A stretch of 32,596 nucleotides of DNA from Lentimicrobium sp. (GCA_022758945.1 JAEMQE010000062.1:1-32596); one strand, 5' to 3'; counted from the first letter of the stretch, positions 1 through 9,053 are shown. Program-made: numbers and translations. The notes: generated by a model not told the origin, from the sequence alone.

Positions 1-2768
1 TTGTATGTGAATTTGTTGCGAATACCACCAATCAAATCTGGGTTGATATCTCCAATGATATTATTAGTAGAAGAGTTGAGTACGTATCTACCATTTTTTA
101 CAATTTTAGGACCTTCTGTATTAACAACACCAGCTACAGGAGTAGCAGTATAGTATGTAAAATCTGTTCCTTTGATAATTCCTAATGGTTGTCCTACTAC
201 AGCATTCAAAGAAACACCACCTTGGAAACTATTCAATTGTAAGTTTTCGATTCCAGGAGCTAAACCAACAACCGTACTTTTGTTTGTTGACCAGTTTACA
301 AAGATGTCCCAAGCAAAATCTTTAGTTCTTATAGGAGTAACATTAAATTGAACCTCAACACCTTTGTTTTCAATATCAGCTGCATTTACATATTTACTTG
401 AATATCCAGTTGTTGTAGAAAATGGTACTGCAATAGCCTCACCAGAGTTTTCGTTTTTATAAACGGCTACGTCAAATCCTAATCTTCTGTTAAAGAATTG
501 CATTTCTAAACCTAGCTCTTGAGCAACTGTTTTAATTGGCTCTAGATTTGGATTATTTTTAGTACTGTTTACAGAATACAATTGGTTACCATTAAATGGG
601 TCAAATTTTGTATAAGTATCTACAAGTGATTGACCTGGTGTTCCAAGTGGGCTTTCAGAATAACCACCTCTTAATTTACCAAAGGATAACCAATCTTGGT
701 TCACTAATTTGGTAAACACAAAACTTGCTGAAACTGAATTACTGAACAAAGCATTGTTGTCTTTTGGCAAGTTGGAGAAAGCATCTCTTCTTGATGTAGC
801 ATCTAAAAACAACATATCTTTGTATCCAAAAGATACTGAGGCATAATAACTGTTTACACCATCTTTAACATCTGATTCTAAAGGGAAAGGAACAGTGCTT
901 ACTGAATTGGTTAAGCTATAAATTCCAGGAATAATAAGTCCTCCTTCAGTTGAAGCTAAAATAGAATTTATAGAAGATCTTTTAGCACTTCCACCCAAGA
1001 TTCCGTTAAAGCTGAAGGCTTCAGAGAAATTATGTTTGAATGTTAAGATGAAATCATAGTTTTGTTCAGAGAAGTTTCTGTTATATCTTTGGTATCCAGA
1101 ACCTTCATCATTTCTGTTGATTCCAAATTCAGCAGGAACAGAACCTGCTGCTCTTCTTTCTTCTCTAATTTCAGCAAAGGAATCATTAGATACTTTACCA
1201 GTTGCAGTTAACCAATCTGTAAGTTTGTAATCCAGTTTTGCATAACCTGTAAAACGGTTTCTGCTGTCGTTTTGATAGTTTTTATATCTGGTGAAGTATG
1301 GATTGTCCCAGTATATTGGAGTTAAATTATCTGGGTCAGACCAGTTCCAGGTTACGTTTTGACCTCCGGATCTTTCATAAACTTGTTGTAGTTCTTTAAT
1401 GTCCACATTAGTTTGAAACCATTGACGGAACATACCAGTGATGTTGTCGTTATATCCAGTTGAGTTTCTACCAGTTGTAGCTTCTGAAGTATAAGCTGCA
1501 TAAGAACTTAATGATAATCTATCAGTAAACTGATGATTTAATTTTAAACTGAAGCTATTTCTTTTCAATTCACTGTTTGGCATAATACCATTTTGTTTGA
1601 TATTGTTGTAGTTAAAAACAACGTTAGTTTTTTCATTACCATCCTCCAAAGAGATAGAGTTTGATATAGAAAAAGGATCATTGAAAAAAGTAATAGGACC
1701 GTTTTTAGCAGCTGTCCAAGGAGTTGCTTTTCCATAACTATCAGAGTAAGGAGTGAAAGCATTCCAGTTGTACACCAATTTGTTTGGATCAAAAGCAGCT
1801 CCAAAAGAAGCATCTTCAGAAGTTGGTACAACTAGATCATCAATACCATCACCGTTGATGTCTCTATACAAGAACAATCCGGTTGGGTCTTCATAATAAG
1901 GACCATAACCTGCTCCGTATTTGTTTTGATAAGTTGGGAAAGTTGATTTGTCAATGTTTCCACCTACAACTTCAGAGCTAATGGTAACTCCCATTCCTTT
2001 TTTAGTTTTCCCTTTTTTAGTAGTAATCATTATTACACCATTACCAGCTAAATATCCGTATAATGCAGATGCAGCAGCACCTTTCAATACGTTTACAGAT
2101 TCAATATCGTCTGGATTCACATCCATACCATTGTTTCCATAATCGTAAGTGGTTCCTCTACCACTAGTTTGAGAACCTGTGTTTGAGTTTGTGTTAGCAT
2201 TATTGATTGGCATACCATCAATAACAATAAGCATTTCATTGGTTTGACCAAGTGCTTTAACTCCTCTGGAGATGGCACTAGTTGATCCTCCAAAGTTGTT
2301 GTTTCTTTTAATGTTAACCCCGGCAACTTTACCAGAGAGTTCATTTAAGAAATTTCCACTATTGGCACCAGCAGTCAAATCTTCTGCTTTAACCTCTTGC
2401 GTGGCATAACCAAGAGATTTTTTTTCTCTTTTAATACCCAAAGCTGTTGTAACAACAACTTCACTTAATTGTTCTGCATCTGATTGCATTTTTACATTAA
2501 TAGAAGCTGAACTAGCTTTAATCTCTTGGGCTTTCATCCCAACATAGCTAAAAATCAAGACTTGGCTTGACGATGCTTTGATAGAATATTTTCCATCAAA
2601 ATCAGTTTGTGTTCCAGATTTAGTTCCTTTTACTAATACGCTCACGCCTGGTAAAGGCATTCCTGCATTGTCAGAAACAGTACCCGAAACAGCTCTCTCT
2701 TGCGCAAAAGTAATTTGCGCCACAAGTACTACTAATAGTACTAAGAATCCATTAAACTTTAGTTTCAT
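1..2768 (-). CDS. SusC/RagA family TonB-dependent outer membrane receptor (3' end runs off the window)
   Basis: Absent from the ORF track because there is no stop in the window. Manual translation from ATG at 2768 gives signal peptide MKLKFNGFLVLLVVLVAQITFAQ, then ERAVSGTVSDNAGMPLPGVSVLVKGTKSGTQTDFDGKYSI. The SusC plug signature DVNPDDIESVNVLKGAAASALYGYLAGNGVIMITTKKG lies near 2010-2125. The same frame reads NPDLIGGIRNKFTY at the left edge. Confidence 0.95.
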   Translation of the reverse strand, partial: MKLKFNGFLVLLVVLVAQITFAQERAVSGTVSDNAGMPLPGVSVLVKGTKSGTQTDFDGKYSIKASSSQVLIFSYVGMKAQEIKASSASINVKMQSDAEQLSEVVVTTALGIKREKKSLGYATQEVKAEDLTAGANSGNFLNELSGKVAGVNIKRNNNFGGSTSAISRGVKALGQTNEMLIVIDGMPINNANTNSNTGSQTSGRGTTYDYGNNGMDVNPDDIESVNVLKGAAASALYGYLAGNGVIMITTKKGKTKKGMGVTISSEVVGGNIDKSTFPTYQNKYGAGYGPYYEDPTGLFLYRDINGDGIDDLVVPTSEDASFGAAFDPNKLVYNWNAFTPYSDSYGKATPWTAAKNGPITFFNDPFSISNSISLEDGNEKTNVVFNYNNIKQNGIMPNSELKRNSFSLKLNHQFTDRLSLSSYAAYTSEATTGRNSTGYNDNITGMFRQWFQTNVDIKELQQVYERSGGQNVTWNWSDPDNLTPIYWDNPYFTRYKNYQNDSRNRFTGYAKLDYKLTDWLTATGKVSNDSFAEIREERRAAGSVPAEFGINRNDEGSGYQRYNRNFSEQNYDFILTFKHNFSEAFSFNGILGGSAKRSSINSILASTEGGLIIPGIYSLTNSVSTVPFPLESDVKDGVNSYYASVSFGYKDMLFLDATSRRDAFSNLPKDNNALFSNSVSASFVFTKLVNQDWLSFGKLRGGYSESPLGTPGQSLVDTYTKFDPFNGNQLYSVNSTKNNPNLEPIKTVAQELGLEMQFFNRRLGFDVAVYKNENSGEAIAVPFSTTTGYSSKYVNAADIENKGVEVQFNVTPIRTKDFAWDIFVNWSTNKSTVVGLAPGIENLQLNSFQGGVSLNAVVGQPLGIIKGTDFTYYTATPVAGVVNTEGPKIVKNGRYVLNSSTNNIIGDINPDLIGGIRNKFTY

Positions 2769-2852
2769 TTTTAAATATTTTGAATTAGTGAGACAAAAAT
2801 CTTAATAATTTGTTAACTTTCCTAATAAATGAAAACCTTTTTTTGATTAGTA

Positions 2853-3242
2853 TCAAAATTTAACATTATAACATATAGTAATGATAGTGTTATAAAATTT
2901 GATTTGTTGGTTTTTGGCGCTTCCATTTGCAATAGCTAATTTTAGTAAACCGTTTTTGGTTTGCACACCTAAACCAAGTCCAAATCCTAGTAGATTTCCT
3001 TTGCTATTTGTGCTATCATCCTGATAATAGCCGTAATCGATAATTGAATGCAAGTACAAATCAGGAGAAATTATATAGCGATATTCTGTAATAATAGCGG
3101 TCATAAAACTAGCTTGTAGGCTATTTTCGGCAAATCCTCGAATGGATTTGATGCCTCCAAATCGATATAACTCATTGATAATATAAGTGTCGCTTTTCAA
3201 AAAATAATTTTGATAATTTATGTTAAAACAGTTTTTTTTCTT
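2853..3242 (-). pseudogene. Orphan 3' fragment (last ~129 codons) of the Omp85-family gene at 3893-5659
   Basis: The frame is open from 3242 to the stop at 2853 and bounded upstream by in-frame TAA at 3243-3245. It reads KKNCFNINYQNYFLKSDTYIINELYRFGG...ICYNVKF, collinear with the C-terminus of the 588-aa ORF. The TTG at 3200 corresponds to an internal Leu codon of the full gene. Confidence 0.9.
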
Positions 3243-3288
3243 TTAAACCATTAAGTCCCGATAGATTTCGGGACTTAATGGTTTAAAA
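3241..3288. repeat. Perfect 21-bp inverted repeat (REP-like hairpin, possibly also terminator of the TA operon)
   Basis: TTTTAAACCATTAAGTCCCGA-tagatt-TCGGGACTTAATGGTTTAAAA, starting 2 bp after the end of the duplicated segment. Confidence 0.9.
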
Positions 3289-3332
3289 AGTGTTAAAGTG
3301 AAATTTTTGTTCTGCTTAGTGACCAGTTAAAT

Positions 3333-3590
3333 TTAATAATGACCTCTCATACTTTCAATTTCGATTGTATTTATTTTTACATTGTAAACTAATCGATGTT
3401 CTTGGTTTATTCTTCTTGACCAAGAACCAGATAGGCTATGTTTTAACTGTTCGGGCTTGCCAATGCCTTCAAAAGGATTTTCTTGTATGGCAATAATCAA
3501 TTCTTTTATTTTATTTTGAATCGATTTATTTCCTGATTTCTTCCAAAACTTTAAATCATCTACTGCGGCTGGTAAATAGATTATTTCCAT
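3333..3590 (-). CDS. yoeB: Txe/YoeB family type II toxin (ribosome-dependent mRNase)
   Basis: 85 aa with NPFEGIGKPEQLKHSLSGSWSRRINQEHRLVY and C-terminal RGHY, typical of YoeB. The start overlaps the end of the antitoxin. Confidence 0.95.
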   Translation of the reverse strand: MEIIYLPAAVDDLKFWKKSGNKSIQNKIKELIIAIQENPFEGIGKPEQLKHSLSGSWSRRINQEHRLVYNVKINTIEIESMRGHY

Positions 3591-3817
3591 AAATCTTCAA
3601 TTGCTATTTTTACCCCCAAACCTTGCTTGGAATCTTCTCGTGCTTGCAATATTTTTTTTACAAACTCAGGGTCATAAGGACTTTCTTCTATTTCTTCAAT
3701 TGGAACAACTGCAAAAGATCTGCCTTTTCCCCGATGAATTATTAATTTTTCCTCTTGGGCAATGTCTAAATATTTTTTAATATTTCCTCTAAATTCACTT
3801 ACGCTAATTGTTTTCAT
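3581..3817 (-). CDS. Phd/YefM-like antitoxin
   Basis: 78 aa. The N-terminus MKTISVSEFRGNIKKYLD...LIIHRGKGRSFAVVP is Phd/YefM-like, followed by an acidic middle and the tail ESPYDPEFVKKI...EDLWK. Directly upstream of the toxin and overlapping it by 10 bp. Confidence 0.88.
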   Translation of the reverse strand: MKTISVSEFRGNIKKYLDIAQEEKLIIHRGKGRSFAVVPIEEIEESPYDPEFVKKILQAREDSKQGLGVKIAIEDLWK

Positions 3818-3834
3818 CTTTATGTAGTTTTATA

Positions 3835-3857
3835 CAAAAGTACAATTTTTTGTACTT
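3835..3857 (-). promoter_or_regulatory. TA promoter -7 box overlapped by a palindromic operator
   Basis: Minus-strand TACTTTTG (TAnnTTTG) at 3835-3842. Inverted repeat AAGTACAA-tttt-TTGTACTT at 3838-3857. Confidence 0.7.
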
Positions 3858-3892
3858 ATTTTATTAAATCAGTATTAAAATAGTCACAGCCC

Positions 3893-5659
3893 CTAGAAGT
3901 TCGTTTTGAAACTAATAGTTACAATTGTATTTGTGCCTTTTATTTCTTGGGTTTTTGTACTCCCATTTGCAATAGCCAATTTTAGTAATCCGTTTCTGGT
4001 TTGCACCCCCAATCCAAGTCCAAATCCTAGTAGATTTCCTTTTTTATTTGAGCTATCATCCTGATAATAGCCATAATCCATAATAGAATGCATGTACAAA
4101 TCCGGGGAAATTATATAGCGATATTCTGTGATAATTGCCGTCATAAAATTGGCTTGCAGGCTATTTTCGGCAAATCCTCGAATGGAATTGATGCCTCCAA
4201 AACGATATAATTCATTGATGATATACGTGTCGCTTTTCAAAAAATAATTTTGATAATTTATGTTAAAACAGTTTTTTTTGTTCAAATAGAAGTTATGCAT
4301 TGCGTTAATGTTGATATAAGTCTGTTTACTTCTACCCGCAGTTTCGGCTAAGTCTGTCGTTGTTCTTTTTCCTAGTCCCATAGTAATGGAAAGATTCGTC
4401 TTTTTTGGAAAAGTGGAATTTACGAAATCAAATTTTGAATATTCTAAATTTGCTGTGAGAAATGAGTTTTTGTAATCGCTGATGGTGCTATTATTTGTGT
4501 TTTGTATGTCACTGGATTCGGTAGATTGATATCCTAAATAAATCCGAGTGTTGTAATCTGCAAAATAGCCCAAATCAATGGCCGTTTTGGTGTTTTGATA
4601 GATACTGTCTTGTTTGAATATATAAATTTGGGCTTTCAAGCCTATAGGGCTTTTGAAAATGTAGGGTAAATCAATGCTTGTTTTGAATGTTTTTTGGTTG
4701 TTTCCGTCACTTTTCCAATAAAGCGAAAATTGCTCTCCAGCTTTAATAGTGTTTTCTAAAACTAAATCCAAATAGCCATTGAAGGTTAATTTGCCATTTT
4801 CATTGTTGGCAAAACCGATAAAGCCATCAAAAGTATTAGACTTCCTTTTTTCGAGATATACATATATTTTGGTGGTATCTTGAGTAAATAATAGTTCAGG
4901 ATTTTTAACCTGATTTACAAAACCAAATTTTTCAAAATCATCCTGAACCTTGCGGACTGTTTCTTGATTCAAAATGGTATTTCGGTACTTGCGATTCATT
5001 TGTTTTAAATGTCCTTTTGGAAAACTACCTTTTTTGCTGCTTTCGCCAAATTGCACCACAATTTCATCCAATTCTCTTTGCCTGCCGGAATCAAATTGTA
5101 AGTCCGCAAACAGCAGATTTTTTTTCTTTTGGATGTTGACCAATTGTAGTTTGGCTAAGGCATAGCCATTTTGCTCCAGTTTTTGTAAACTGCTATTCAA
5201 AAAAGATTCTATTTCACTATAAGGAAGGATTAAACTGTCTTTTGTTTTGTCCAACCCAATCAAGTCTTTAATTATGCTATTATTGTCAATTCTAGTTTTG
5301 GCTCCCTCTCCTTTGGATTCCCGATAGTTAACGGGAGGGGAGAGGATTTTTCTACCTATATATATATGTATCGATTTGATTTGTGTTCCCAAGCTGATTT
5401 TCGCAGTATATGTGGAGTCGTTTTCCTTACTGTTTTCGAGTATTTGATTTTCGATGTACCCAATTTTGGATAGTCTTTCTGACAAAGTGTTTACTTCGTC
5501 GGCAACGGCTTTGGCGTTAGCGTGCAAGGAATTGTATTTTAAGGAATCGATGACTTTAGTTTCGATAGTCGAGTTTCCAATTATTTTCAATTGAAAATTT
5601 TGGGCAAAACAATTCGCACCAAAGGTAATTAACAATAAAATGAAGATTAAGGGTTTCAA
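3893..5659 (-). CDS. Omp85 superfamily (BamA/TamA-like) outer membrane protein with POTRA-like N-terminal region
   Basis: 588 aa, TTG start, signal peptide, POTRA-like segments (LSKIGY, LEQNGYALAKL), beta-barrel with loop motif YRFGGINSIRGFAENS, terminal Phe. Confidence 0.8.
   Translation of the reverse strand: MKPLIFILLLITFGANCFAQNFQLKIIGNSTIETKVIDSLKYNSLHANAKAVADEVNTLSERLSKIGYIENQILENSKENDSTYTAKISLGTQIKSIHIYIGRKILSPPVNYRESKGEGAKTRIDNNSIIKDLIGLDKTKDSLILPYSEIESFLNSSLQKLEQNGYALAKLQLVNIQKKKNLLFADLQFDSGRQRELDEIVVQFGESSKKGSFPKGHLKQMNRKYRNTILNQETVRKVQDDFEKFGFVNQVKNPELLFTQDTTKIYVYLEKRKSNTFDGFIGFANNENGKLTFNGYLDLVLENTIKAGEQFSLYWKSDGNNQKTFKTSIDLPYIFKSPIGLKAQIYIFKQDSIYQNTKTAIDLGYFADYNTRIYLGYQSTESSDIQNTNNSTISDYKNSFLTANLEYSKFDFVNSTFPKKTNLSITMGLGKRTTTDLAETAGRSKQTYININAMHNFYLNKKNCFNINYQNYFLKSDTYIINELYRFGGINSIRGFAENSLQANFMTAIITEYRYIISPDLYMHSIMDYGYYQDDSSNKKGNLLGFGLGLGVQTRNGLLKLAIANGSTKTQEIKGTNTIVTISFKTNF
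5302..5345. repeat. GC-rich nested palindrome inside the Omp85 CDS
   Basis: CTCCCTCTCCTTTGGAT-TCCCGATAGTTAACGGGA-GGGGAGAGG. CCTCTCC (5305-5311) pairs with GGAGAGG (5339-5345), and TCCCG (5319-5323) with CGGGA (5332-5336). Confidence 0.65.
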
Positions 5660-5844
5660 ATGAATCTAAATTTTAATAAATGTAACGCAAATATCTGTTG
5701 TTTGTGATAAAATCACAAGGTTAAATATTCTAATCGAAACAGCTATAAATGTATTGTTTTATTTTTCAGTAAGAATATTTTTGTCAATTCTGTATTCCAT
5801 TAAAAAACAAATATTTACTTCTTGCAAAATTTAATTAATTATGA

Positions 5845-5875
5845 TTTGTTTAGAAAAAAATAATTACTACATTTG
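5845..5875 (+). promoter_or_regulatory. Bacteroidota primary-sigma promoter of the ribosomal protein superoperon
   Basis: TTTG (5845-5848), 19-nt spacer, TACATTTG (5868-5875), 53 nt before the rpsL ATG. Confidence 0.85.
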
Positions 5876-5928
5876 CAACCCCGTAAAAAGCGGGAAATTT
5901 AATATATAAGAAATTTTTAGTATTAATT

Positions 5929-6312
5929 ATGCCAACAATTCAACAATTAGTAAGAACAGGAAGAACTCAGATAACTAAGAAGAGTAAATCGGTTGCTTTA
6001 GATTCTTGTCCTCAAAGAAGAGGGGTTTGTACGCGTGTTTACACTACTACACCAAAAAAACCAAACTCTGCAATGCGTAAAGTAGCGCGTGTACGTTTGA
6101 CAAATGGTAATGAAGTAAATGCCTACATCCCTGGTGAAGGACACAATCTACAAGAGCACTCGATAGTATTAGTTAGGGGTGGAAGGGTAAAAGATTTACC
6201 AGGAGTTAGATATCACATCGTTCGTGGTGCGCTTGATACATCAGGTGTAGCAGGAAGAACGCAAAGAAGATCTAAGTATGGTGCTAAACGCCCAAAAGAA
6301 GCAAAAAAGTAA
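5929..6312 (+). CDS. rpsL: 30S ribosomal protein S12
   Basis: MPTIQQLVR...[19 protein letters not shown]...[11 protein letters not shown]. Confidence 0.99.
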
Positions 6313-6409
6313 TTTGAAAAAAGATTAGGAGTTTGGGGATTCAAAAGTTTAGTAATCTAAACCTTTAATTCTTTATAAACTTTTATGACCTTTTCTAAAA
6401 CAAAAAGAA

Positions 6410-6886
6410 ATGAGAAAAAGAGCGGCAAAGAAAAGACCACTTTTACCAGATCCAAGGTTTAACGACCAATTGGTAACACGTTTTGTAAACAACTTAATGT
6501 GGGACGGTAAGAAATCAACAGCTTTTAAAGTTTTTTATGATGCAATTGACATTATAGAAACTAAAAAGCAAGATGCAGAAAAACCATCATTAGACATCTG
6601 GAAAGATGCTTTAACTAACGTTATGCCTCACGTAGAAGTACGTAGTCGTAGAGTTGGTGGAGCTACATTCCAAATTCCAATGCAAATTAGACCAGACAGA
6701 AAAATCTCTATGGCTATGAAATGGTTAATTCTTTATTCAAGAAGAAGAAACGAAAAATCAATGGCACAAAGATTAGCTTCAGAATGTTTAGCTGCGGCTA
6801 AAGAAGAAGGAGCTGCTGTTAAGAAAAGAATGGATACTCACAAAATGGCAGAAGCTAACAAAGCTTTCTCTCACTTTAGATTTTAA
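6410..6886 (+). CDS. rpsG: 30S ribosomal protein S7
   Basis: EVRSRRVGGATFQIP, HKMAEANKAFSHFRF. Confidence 0.99.
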   Translation: MRKRAAKKRPLLPDPRFNDQLVTRFVNNLMWDGKKSTAFKVFYDAIDIIETKKQDAEKPSLDIWKDALTNVMPHVEVRSRRVGGATFQIPMQIRPDRKISMAMKWLILYSRRRNEKSMAQRLASECLAAAKEEGAAVKKRMDTHKMAEANKAFSHFRF

Positions 6887-6896
6887 TTCTTAAGAA

Positions 6897-9053
6897 ATGG
6901 CTAGAGATCTTAAATTTACAAGAAATATTGGAATTGCTGCTCACATTGATGCTGGTAAAACAACAACAACGGAGCGTATATTATTCTATACCGGAAAGTC
7001 GCATAAAATTGGTGAAGTGCACGATGGTGCTGCAACAATGGACTGGATGGCACAAGAGCAGGAAAGAGGGATTACAATTACTTCTGCTGCTACAACTTGT
7101 GAATGGAATTTTCCAACGGAACAAGGTAAAATTTTACCTGAATCACTTCCTTATCACTTTAATATTATTGATACCCCGGGACACGTTGATTTTACTGTAG
7201 AGGTAAATCGTTCTTTACGTGTACTTGATGGGTTAGTTTTCTTGTTTAGTGCGGTTGACGGTGTAGAACCACAATCAGAAACGAACTGGAGATTAGCAGA
7301 TCAATACAGAGTGCCACGTATGGGATTCGTTAATAAAATGGACAGACAAGGATCTAACTTTTTGATGGTATGTCAGCAAGTAAGAGATATGTTGAAGTCT
7401 AACGCTGTTGCCATTACTTTGCCAATTGGTGAAGAAAATGACTTCAGAGGAGTAGTTGATTTAGTAAAAAATCAAGCTATTGTATGGCATGAAGAAGGTT
7501 TGGGTGCTACTTATGATATTGTGCCTATTCCAGAAGATATGCTTGCAGAAGTAAAAGAATACAGATCAATCCTTATTGAAGCAGTTGCTGATTATGATGA
7601 AAACCTTTTAGAGAAATTCATGGAAGATGAAGAATCTATTACTGAGGAAGAAATCAATAATGCCTTAAGAGCTGCAACTATGGATATGGCTATCATTCCG
7701 ATGATTGCTGGTTCTGCTTTCAAAAACAAAGGAGTTCAATTCATGTTAGACGCAGTATGTAAATACTTGCCATCTCCAATGGATAAAGACGGTATTGAAG
7801 GAATTCATCCTGATGATGCTGATTTATTGGAAGAAGATCAAACTAAAATCTTGCGTAAGCCAGATGTTAAAGAGCCATTCGCTGCTTTAGCATTTAAAAT
7901 CGCTACAGACCCATTCGTAGGTCGTTTAGCTTTCTTCCGTGCTTATTCAGGACGTTTAGATGCAGGTTCATACGTTTTGAACACTCGTTCAGGAAGTAAA
8001 GAAAGAATTTCTCGTATCTACCAAATGCACGCAAACAAACAAAACCCAATCGATTATATCGAAGCAGGTGATATTGGAGCGGCAGTAGGTTTTAAAGATA
8101 TCAAAACTGGAGATACATTGTGTGATGAAAAACACCCAATCATTCTTGAGTCAATGAAATTTCCAGCACCGGTTATTGGTATCGCTATTGAGCCTAAAAC
8201 TAAAGCTGACGTAGATAAAATGGGTATGGCTTTGGCTAAATTAGCAGAAGAGGATCCTACATTTACTGTTAGAACTGATGAAGCTTCAGGGCAAACAATT
8301 ATCTCAGGAATGGGAGAATTACACTTAGATATCCTTGTTGATAGAATGCGTCGTGAATTTAAGGTTGAAGTAAACCAAGGTGAGCCTCAAGTTGAATACA
8401 AAGAAGCATTTACAAAAACGGCTCAACACAGAGAAGTTTATAAAAAACAATCTGGTGGTCGTGGTAAATTTGGAGATATCGTATTTAAATTGGAACCAGC
8501 AGATCTTGTAGATGGTAAAGCTGTTAAAGGTTTACAATTTATAAATGCAGTAAAAGGTGGTAACGTTCCTAAAGAATATATACCATCTGTAGAAAAAGGT
8601 TTCCGCGAAGCTATGAAAACTGGTCCTTTAGCAGGATATCAAGTAGATAGTTTGAAAGTTACTTTATTGGACGGATCTTTTCACCCTGTCGATTCTGACG
8701 CACTTTCATTTGAACTTGCTGCAAGAATGGGTTACAGAGAAGTAGCAAAAGCTGCCGGTGCAATTGTTCTGGAGCCAATTATGAAAATGGAAGTGATTAC
8801 ACCTGAAGAAAACATGGGAGATATCGTAGGTGATATCAACCGTCGTAGAGGTCAAGTGAATGATATGGGTGACAGAGCAGGTGCAAAAACTATCAAAGCA
8901 GATGTGCCGTTATCAGAAATGTTCGGATATGTTACAACATTAAGAACACTTTCATCTGGTAGAGCAACCTCTACAATGGAATTTTCACACTACGCAGAAA
9001 CACCTTCCAATATTTCGGAAGCAGTTATCAAAAAAGCAAAAGGAACCGCTTAA
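6897..9053 (+). CDS. fusA: Elongation factor G
   Basis: [35 protein letters not shown]; 718 aa. Confidence 0.99.
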   Translation: MARDLKFTRNIGIAAHIDAGKTTTTERILFYTGKSHKIGEVHDGAATMDWMAQEQERGITITSAATTCEWNFPTEQGKILPESLPYHFNIIDTPGHVDFTVEVNRSLRVLDGLVFLFSAVDGVEPQSETNWRLADQYRVPRMGFVNKMDRQGSNFLMVCQQVRDMLKSNAVAITLPIGEENDFRGVVDLVKNQAIVWHEEGLGATYDIVPIPEDMLAEVKEYRSILIEAVADYDENLLEKFMEDEESITEEEINNALRAATMDMAIIPMIAGSAFKNKGVQFMLDAVCKYLPSPMDKDGIEGIHPDDADLLEEDQTKILRKPDVKEPFAALAFKIATDPFVGRLAFFRAYSGRLDAGSYVLNTRSGSKERISRIYQMHANKQNPIDYIEAGDIGAAVGFKDIKTGDTLCDEKHPIILESMKFPAPVIGIAIEPKTKADVDKMGMALAKLAEEDPTFTVRTDEASGQTIISGMGELHLDILVDRMRREFKVEVNQGEPQVEYKEAFTKTAQHREVYKKQSGGRGKFGDIVFKLEPADLVDGKAVKGLQFINAVKGGNVPKEYIPSVEKGFREAMKTGPLAGYQVDSLKVTLLDGSFHPVDSDALSFELAARMGYREVAKAAGAIVLEPIMKMEVITPEENMGDIVGDINRRRGQVNDMGDRAGAKTIKADVPLSEMFGYVTTLRTLSSGRATSTMEFSHYAETPSNISEAVIKKAKGTA

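Larger units (their letters stand above)
2853..4279. repeat. Diverged 387-bp direct repeat (2853-3239 vs 3893-4279, offset 1040 bp)
   Basis: Ungapped hand alignment gives about 56 mismatches in 387 bp. 3187-3239 and 4227-4279 are identical over 53 bp. Confidence 0.95.

Noticed and set aside
1565-2805. Short ORFs at 1565, 1948, 2117 and 2578
   Set aside because: Alternate-frame or antisense shadows of the long susC frame.
2853-3200. 115-aa ORF as an independent gene
   Set aside because: Its TTG is an internal Leu codon of the duplicated segment, homology continues upstream to 3239, and there is no signal peptide or promoter.
2853-4279. Diversity-generating retroelement template/variable repeat pair
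   Set aside because: No reverse transcriptase in the window, and mismatches are largely third-position and not confined to adenines of one copy.
5356-5367. (TA)n run inside the Omp85 gene as a phase-variation tract
   Set aside because: Only about five units, encoding HIYI in an AT-rich gene; too short to support.
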